From positions 1-64,000 of the forward strand of contig JAUCBJ010005099.1 of the NCBI GenBank assembly GCA_032718475.1: DNA of 64,000 bases, written 5' to 3'. How positions within the stretch are numbered: the first letter of the stretch is position 1; each line of letters begins with the position of its first letter. The position numbers were made by a program, and so were the translations under genes. Positions 12,235-20,600 of this stretch are shown here, piece after piece. The notes beneath the pieces are model-generated. The model worked only from the letters and a program-made list of their open reading frames with translations, was not told where the DNA came from and did no database searches. The DNA is from Nemertoderma westbladi (taxonomy: Eukaryota > Animalia > Xenacoelomorpha).

Positions 12235-13749
12235 TTATCGCTTAGTTGATCGAGCCCTGCCGCGTCCTCGAAAACTGCGCACAGGTGACTTTGCTCGCGA
12301 TATGGGACTCGTGGAGCGAGTCACTGGTTTCGTTTGGACGTTGAGAGACGGTGCGACTATTTCCTCGCAAATTCGTCTGTTTGGCATCCCAAAACCTCGA
12401 CCGATTCCTCGTGACCGATCAGTTGTCACTACAGTTGGTAGAACGTCTGGGAACGCGCGAGAAGCGGACGACGCAGACCCAAGAGTAGCTTGCGCCCCCT
12501 GTTGATCAGCTGGTGTATGTCCCGATCCTCCTACTGGTTCTCTAGGAAGCGATACCGTATCCCGAGTAACTCGAATGGTCGGCTCAACTCCCCTGCGTTC
12601 TTCTATATTAATAGACTTCTTTAACTGTTGGCCCACTTTCTGGACCCGTATGATCCTACCCTGTCCGTCCTCCCGAGGGTGACGTGCAGACGGCGCAACC
12701 GGAGTGGCTGGTATATTCGTCGCCTCTAGGACCTCCTCTTCCTCGAATACGCTCGCTCGTATACGTTTATGGTAAAACGCGGCTCGGTACGCCCATGCGA
12801 CGGTTAACCAAGCTCCTTTATTCCGTTTTTCAGTTCGGAAACGATCGAATTCACCATACGTAATGCGATTAACGACTTTCTGAAAATTCCACGTGTTTTT
12901 TTTATCCGGGTGAATCTGTAGTAGATACTCACGCACCACTCGGAATCCGCTGTCGTGGGGCAAAATATCGACAACCTCGATAAGTTCGTCATATTGGGGC
13001 ATAGCGGAGATGTATCCTTCCGACATCATCGTCTGAGGATTTACCGCCCAAAATCCGAGATGCGCTCTCATCGGAAACCGTCTTCTTTGTGCTGATACAT
13101 GTTCGTCGGCTAAATCTTCCCACTCATCAAATAACTTCCTCACGAGTTTTACAGATTCGTGTTCATAAGGTATGTCTCTTAGTTGGCATTCAGATGCTCG
13201 ATGTCCTTTTATATTGCAATAAGTACATTGAGCCATAAATCTCCAGCAAGTATAAAAGGTATGAGACCCTTGATCCCCACACCATCCACAGATTAGCTGA
13301 GTCGTAGTAATGTGCCTTCCACTGCACTTGGTCATATGATGTCCAGCGACGCCACATTTACCACACATCGTATTGGCAGGGTACCACACTCGTTCGTATA
13401 TAAGATCTCCAATCGGTCGAGCGCTTCCTCCCACACTATAATCGTAATCATCTGGATCTATGGGTTGGTAGGTTTCTGAAGGTTGTATACAAACTATAGC
13501 ATCTGTTGCTTCAAGTTGTCGAATCTCCGTCTGAGATTTCTTCGGGAGGTTCCTTTCTATCTCAAGAAGTTCCTCTAAAGGATCGTCAGTGATCGTAGTA
13601 GTTACTTCGAAATCATCACCGAGGTGACCGATAGGCGCGCGCGTCTGCCGTGATTCTTCCGTAATCTCCACGATACGTTCTCCTTCATAGGGTAACAATG
13701 TAAACATAGATGGTCTTTCGATAAGAGATCCCGCACAGCGAAGATACAC
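12235..13749 (-). CDS. Accessory ORF-B of family A: triple CCHC zinc-knuckle protein with basic Arg/Ser-rich tail
   Basis: 504-aa open frame downstream of pol, same sense. CGKCGVAGHHMTKC, CGWCGDQGSHTFYTC, CTYCNIKGHRASEC; homologous to 1-822 and 58118-58714. Start uncertain (GTG, internal ATG near 13707, or frameshift from ORF-A). Confidence 0.85.
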   Translation of the reverse strand: MYLRCAGSLIERPSMFTLLPYEGERIVEITEESRQTRAPIGHLGDDFEVTTTITDDPLEELLEIERNLPKKSQTEIRQLEATDAIVCIQPSETYQPIDPDDYDYSVGGSARPIGDLIYERVWYPANTMCGKCGVAGHHMTKCSGRHITTTQLICGWCGDQGSHTFYTCWRFMAQCTYCNIKGHRASECQLRDIPYEHESVKLVRKLFDEWEDLADEHVSAQRRRFPMRAHLGFWAVNPQTMMSEGYISAMPQYDELIEVVDILPHDSGFRVVREYLLQIHPDKKNTWNFQKVVNRITYGEFDRFRTEKRNKGAWLTVAWAYRAAFYHKRIRASVFEEEEVLEATNIPATPVAPSARHPREDGQGRIIRVQKVGQQLKKSINIEERRGVEPTIRVTRDTVSLPREPVGGSGHTPADQQGAQATLGSASSASRAFPDVLPTVVTTDRSRGIGRGFGMPNRRICEEIVAPSLNVQTKPVTRSTSPISRAKSPVRSFRGRGRARSTKR

Positions 13750-13973
13750 GTCTCGAAATATACTAAATCCTGCTCGAGTAAAGGCATTACACTGAGCGTC
13801 GGAGTTGTAGAAGGGTTGTCATATTTAGTCTTTGCGAGTTTCGCTGTACTTTCCGATAATTCCTTTATACCGAATATAGTATAATCCTTGGCTCCAAATC
13901 TTTCGAATGGCGCTGCTGCCTCCTCTTGGATATCATATCCCCATCTCGGCTCTCCTTGTATCCCTTTCTCCAT
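13602..13973 (-). CDS. Accessory ORF-A of family A (123 aa), overlapping ORF-B, which lies in the -1 frame
   Basis: ATG-initiated ORF directly upstream of ORF-B; no recognisable domain; may be the N-terminus of a frameshift fusion. Confidence 0.5.
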   Translation of the reverse strand: MEKGIQGEPRWGYDIQEEAAAPFERFGAKDYTIFGIKELSESTAKLAKTKYDNPSTTPTLSVMPLLEQDLVYFETCIFAVRDLLSKDHLCLHCYPMKENVSWRLRKNHGRRARLSVTSVMISK

Positions 13974-14630
13974 AATTAGGGGTGTAGTTACATAATCATT
14001 ACTACTAGAGGGAATACAACAGAGTTTGTAGTTAGTTGTGAGGAGACGTGAGAGTTTCGTCTGCCCTTTGGGCTCGACAACGCTCTAACCTCCTACCCAT
14101 AGCCTAAGATCTAGGGTTTCTTTAATGACACGTTGCTTCTTATCTAAAATTTTTTGCCGAAATAAAAACGAATTTGGGCTAAACTGGCTGTGAGTCTAAA
14201 ATACTCACTTTTTGATCCCAAACTATTATCAGAAAATAAGCAATCAAGAATTAGTAATAAATATAGGGGAGTCTATTTTGACGTAACTTATTGAAACAAG
14301 ACCGTGTAAAATTTAATTAAAAATTTTAAGAAAGGCTCGCAAGTCTTCCTCTCTTGTTTCTCTAATTTTAAGTTCCACCCGACTGTACCCTGAAATCTAT
14401 TCACTGGAGAAAATTTTAAAAAATTTTTCAAATCCAAATGGATTGTCTAAAATTTCGAAAATGTCTCAATATTGTGAGTTCCAAGTAGAATTCCATTTCT
14501 TATACCTACAAATCCCGCTCCTATGTGACACATAAGGGTACTACCCTCAATGTTCACATATAAAGACAATGGAATTCTACCGCTGTCCTTACTACGGTGT
14601 ACAGGTACGTGGAAATCTATTTGTAAACTC

Positions 14631-17600
14631 CTAATTATTTACTAGTATTAGGTGGAGATTTGTAGTCTCTTCAAGAAGTACGAGACGTTGAGTCGGTCTG
14701 TCTACTGTACGACCGTCAATTGTCCGTACCGTCACAGTTCTTGTCACTCCATCCATAGATGGATGTGTGGCTAAAATTACACCTGTTATCCAGAAGCGTC
14801 TTTTTAGATTCACTTCCGCTAACAGCACGTGATCTCCCGGCTTTAATGCGCGGGTGTTATTGTACCAAGTTGTTCTGGCAGAAATAGAGGGCAAATAATG
14901 GTTTTGCCATATTTCCCAGAATTTGTTAGCTAGTAGTTGCGTGATTTTCCACGCTTTTCTACCGTAGCTATCGCTTTCTGTTGGAATTGAAATAGGTATT
15001 AATGTAGTCGGTGCCTGCATAAGCAGGTGTGCCGGTGTCAAAGCAAACTGAGATTGTTTGTCATCGGGTACTAATACTATTGGTCTAGTATTTAGTATTG
15101 CCTCGATTTCAACAAACAGTGTTGTCAGTTGGTCGTCTGTCAATATGTGGTTTACTGGAATGACCTTTGCCATGGCTGTCTTTATAGATCTAATCAATCT
15201 CTCCCAGACTCCGCCTCTCCAAGGACTATCTGGAGGATTAAACTTCCAAACAATCTTGTGAGGTTGTAGTTCGTTCGAGATTTGATCATGATCTAATTTC
15301 TTAAAGGCTCTAGCAATCTCATTTCGAGCACCAACAAAGTTTGTCCCTTGGTCTGAGTACAAGCATTTCACTAGTCCGCGTCTAGCGATAAATCGCCGCA
15401 ATGCTAGTATAAACGCGTTGGTGGAAAGATCCATCACACGTTCAATATGAACTGCCCTACTGGACATACATGTGAAAATCAGTCCCCAGCGTTTTACTAG
15501 TATACGTCCACGTTTCGTATGTATGGGACCAAAGCAATCAATTCCAGTCTCTGTAAAAGGTGGTCTGAATGCTTGAAGTCGTGCTTGTGGAAGTTCACTC
15601 ATTTCTTGGGTACCTATTCTAGAATGTACCTTTTTACAAATAATACACGTACGTGTCACTGAACTTAACGCTTTACTGGGTCTAATTAATACAAATCTTG
15701 TACGTAAGTAGGAAAGACAGTGGTGTCTTCCAGCGTGTTTCAGATGTAAATGTGCATCCAGTATCATTGCACGTTGTAGTTCGTGATGTTGCGGTATTAT
15801 TATTGGGTACCTAAAGTTTGTGTTAAAGTCAATGTTTTGAAGCCGAGATTTATGACAAATTAAGCCATTATAAATAATCGGACTCCAACTCAGTATTGGT
15901 GACGACTTGATAGGTTGACCTTGATTTATGGATGTGAATTCGCGCGCGAAATATCGCAGTTGGTAATGGCGAATTAATTTAATTTCACACCTGTCAATCT
16001 CAGCCAATGTAAGTCGACGTGTAAAGTCACGTTTGCCTTTAACGTATTGTACAAAACGTACAATCCACGCTAATTTTCGGCAAGCGTTTGACCAAGAATC
16101 TGTTAGGTTTACAATACGGTCGATGTGAGTATTTGTGACGTCATCAGGTAAGTCAATGAAGATTTTGGAAGGTTTTGATTTACTAGAAGGGCCCACGGGT
16201 CCGCCGGTAGGTATTCCCTTGTTGACTGTTGATCCGTCCGGGTCTACAAGTAATTTGTCCTTCTTCGTCTTCTTACCTTGATTGTCAGTACTTTGTAAGT
16301 CGATCGTTAATGGTGGTTTGAACTCTATGGGGTCAGTGGGTTTCGGTAAACTTATTTTTCTGCCGACATTAATCCCAGGTCTCACCATAGGTTGCAAGTT
16401 CGGTATGTCTCTTGAGCGCAAAGTAACACCTGTATTTACATTAGCGTAGGTACTACCCACATCTGTAATACATGAGGTTTCACCGTGCTTATGGTTGCTC
16501 AAGTGTGTCAAAATTGGTAGTTTGTCAATACAAGGCCGCTCCAATAGGGAAACTGCGGCTTTACTGTTAGTCAATACATTACTAATGTCCGGTAGAACAT
16601 TTTGTGACATGTCTGGTAAAATGTTTCGCGGAACATCCGGCGAAATATCTAGTGACGTGTCTGGCAAAACGTCTGGTTGACCGTCTAGTAACGTGTCTGT
16701 TTGACCGTCTGGCGATATGTCTGGTGTAGAAAGGCTCGCAAGTCTTCCTCTCTTGACCTTTGAAGTTATATCCTTCCATTTCGCCTTCGGTTTCTTCTTG
16801 AGTTTCGCCGCCGTCGTCTTTTTCTTTGCCTTCCCCTTTTTTGGTTTCTTGATTTCGGCGTCCTTAGGGATAGTGTTAGACTTGTTGTCGTATAACGGAG
16901 GCCAATTTAGTGTTGGTCTTTGTAAGAATTGTGGTCCGTGCTGCCAAAATTCTTTGTTCTCCGGTTTACAGAATTCCTCAGGCATCATTCCTCGCGACGC
17001 AATATCAGCTGGGTTTTGTGGTCTGGGACAATGTCGCCAATCCTCTTTTATTGAACGGTCTAGAATTTCTGCGCGACGGTTAGCTACGAATGTCTTGAAT
17101 TCAAGTGTGTCGTTGTTTATGTAAAATAAAACCAACGTCGCGTCAGTCCAATAAAATATCTGTAAACTTGACTGTAGTTCTGTCTGTATGAGGTTCACGA
17201 TGGTGGTTGACAGTGTTGCGGCTTGTAGCTCAGCTCGTGGTGTCGTCATATACTTAGTAGGCATTGTTTTTGCCTTAGAAGTAATGAGCGAAACATCGAA
17301 TTCTTCTGAGTCTACTTGTCTGCGCAAGTACGCTGCCACACCAAAGCCGTTGTCACTGGCGTCAGAAAAACAGTGTAATTCCAAGTTGTCAGGAAATGTA
17401 GTTTGTAATGGAAAGTAGACTCTGGGTATGGAATAATCCTCTAGCGAAGATAATTCCGTCTCCCAGGTCTTCCATAAGTCCACTTGGTCTGATGAGATCG
17501 GCTCGTCCCATGTCAGTCCATCCTTCCAAATACTGCGCATATAAATGCGGGCTTGCAGTATAATTGGACTGATGAATCCTAATGGATCGAACAATCGGCT

Positions 17601-20600
17601 CAATTTTGACAAGCATGATCTCTTTGTCAGTGTGTTTTCTTGACTGTCCAGTCTCACTTTCACTCGAAAGTTGTCCGTGTTTGGGTCCCAAAAGAGCCCC
17701 AACACCTTGGTCGTCGGTAGTGGTTCGAACTCTAGGTCTATGTCACCACCTCCACGCTCAGTCGTTCCGAATGAGTCTACTAATTCGGCACTGTTTGAGG
17801 CGAATTTGGTGAGGTTAAAACCTCCGCCCGCTAAGCAGTCCCGTAATTGATGTGCTACTATTGTAGCACGTTCTACTGTGTCGCAACTCTGTAATCCGTC
17901 GTCGACGTAAAAGTCACGTTCCACAATCCTAATTATCTCTGGGTCATACAGGTGTTTCTGATCCCTAGCGGCTTGTTTTAGGGCGTACATCGTGCAGTTT
18001 GGGCTGTCCCTGGCACCGAAAACGCGAACTTGCATTTGGTAAGTCGCCGGTGGTAGACTTAAGTCTCCTTCCGGATACCAGAGGAACCTCAAACTGTCTC
18101 TGTCTCGCTCTAACGCTCTCACTTGGTGAAACATCGCTTCAACGTCGCAAGTAAAAGCTACTTGACGCTGACGGAAGCGCATAATCACCCCCATAAGATA
18201 ATTATTCATGTTTGGTCCATCCATCAACTCGCTATTGAGGGACATTCCCTCAAACAGAGCCGCACAGTCATTGACTACGCGTACTTTGTCTGGTTTGTCG
18301 GGGTGTCTCACGTAGTGATGTGGCAAGTAGTACGTCTGGTCGGTCACTATCTCTGGGTTAGTCATCCGGATAGCGTATCCCTTGGTCAAATACGTCTCCA
18401 TCTGAGTGTTGTACTGCAGATGGGCTTTCTCGTCCTTTAATAAACGTTGCCGTATTGAGTGTAGACGTCTTAGAGCCAGTGGATAGTTATTTATGAGTTT
18501 AGGACTTTGGCTACGCCATAACATCCCTACCTCATAATGTCCGTCCTCCGTCTGTCGGATAGTATCTTCCATGATCTTCAGAGATTGTTTCTCCTGTTCC
18601 GACATACAAGGTTCGTAGCTACCAGGTTCAGCTGTATCTTGTTCTAACCACCTGATAGTCTTCACCGTTAATTCTTTGTCCAATACAGCTTGTTCCAATT
18701 GATGATTTCTCAACGCGTCATTATCGATCTCGACGGGTATTGTTGAGGTTATTGGGGTAGGTAGACTCGCAAGCCTTCCAGCGTTATCATCTGTCGTCGA
18801 TGGAATCTCTAGCTGACTCGTCTTCTCCCCAAGTTCTAAACTCACCTGGTGGGTTAGCTGCTCCTTGTGACTTATCATACTAGTCACACGTCTGTCATGT
18901 TTTGTCGACTGTAGTGTAGTATGGTTCACATCGTGTGAGAAGGAATGAATTGAATTTGTAGTTAATAAACTACATGTACTTTGTACATCGTCTTCCTCGT
19001 CACTTACGTCTAGTGTGCGCACAGGCGCTCGAGTATACCACCCTATCGGCGTTCTGCAGGCGTATGCGTTTCCCGCTACGACTGCCGATGGTCTGGTTTC
19101 CCACACTTGGTGTAGGTTGAATTGGTCTGTCCCGATCAGCATGGCTACCGATCTATAATTGACAGGACATTCGGGTACACCAAGGTGTCTGAAATACTTA
19201 CGGTCCTCCAAGGATTGTTCTGGGACCGGACCTAGTAGGTTACTAAAGTCTTTTGTGGCCGCAAAAGTCAGATCCTTGAAGGGTAACAAAGACCTCTCCC
19301 TCTCGCTGTGTTGCGATTTCGGAAGAAGAGAGTCTAAGTTTAACTTGACTCGTGTCACTGGTATTGCACGCTGTCCGTGCATACTACTTACGGTATAACT
19401 GACGCGCTTACCTTGTCTGAGATCCGTCACGACGTCAGCTATCTTTTCATCCACGTAACTGTGAGATGAGGCTGAATCTAGAATCGCGTAGATTCTCTTA
19501 CTCCCCTTTGTGCCAGTAATCTTAATCGGAATTACACTGAATCCCTTCAGTTGGTCAGTAGTCAGAAGCGCGATCGATGGCTGTTCATCTCCATCCGAAT
19601 ATACGTCGTCGTCTTCTGACTCTTCGTCCGACGATCCGGATTGTTCTGAGAAGCAATCCTCAATATGGGTCACGAAGGTTGGAGTCGTTTTCGATTCTCG
19701 TTTTCTGTAGGCCGCATCACATCTCGCTGCTGCTTCCGGGTGTTCCCTGGCGAAGCGTTTTGTCGGCGTGTGGCTGTCTGTGTGGAGCAGACCGTCGTGG
19801 TTGCGTCCACAGGATGGACAAGTGTCGGTATTTGGGCAATCTTTACGGATATGTCCGTGTCGCGTACACCGCCAACAAGAGTCCAATGGCCGTATCTGCA
19901 GCCGTCTTTCTTCCGAGCTCAACTCGCGAAACTGTCGACAACCTCGCAACTTGTGACCGATATACCGCTTGCCTAAATGCTCGCAGTATTGGCAGCCGCT
20001 GAAGTCGGTACTGAGTTGTTGTCTCGTCTGTTTTGTCCCAATGGGCGCAGATACCCTACTACCGTCCGAGAATTGTCGGGTTTCCGTCGGTGTGGCGTAA
20101 GTGGCCGTCTTAGTGGATGTTGTCTGGGGTTTTTGTCGGTTGGAGGATGGCAATGTGATTCCTTCTGCCACGATGTGCTGGTCAGTGTAGTTAGATCGAG
20201 TTTCTACTACTGCCTCCCTGGATATCAAAAGGTACACATCTTCTAATTTTAAGAATCCACCCCGCTCTTCCCGCTGGTATTCGACCTTTCTCCACTCCCG
20301 ACGAAGTCGATGGTGGAGTCGTCCTATGATCTTTAATAGGACTGTAGGGGTATTCCCGTAGTCAAGTTGTCCAATGGATCTTAAAGTAGTGATAGCGTTC
20401 TTTATCTCGTCGGCCAGTTTTAATAAGTCGACGGGTTTAGTGATAGCCCCTCCCTTACAGAGTTCCTCTATTACTGACCTGGCCATACTGACTGTACCTC
20501 CATATATCGAAGTTAAACGATCGTACGCTAGTTCGAAGGCGTCCGGTACACCAACGAAGGTCTCTGCCAAACGTTTAGGTTCTCCTGACAACGTTTGAAG

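Noticed and set aside
12235-13749. env gene in the post-pol position
   Set aside because: No signal peptide or transmembrane segment apparent; zinc knuckles and a basic tail instead.
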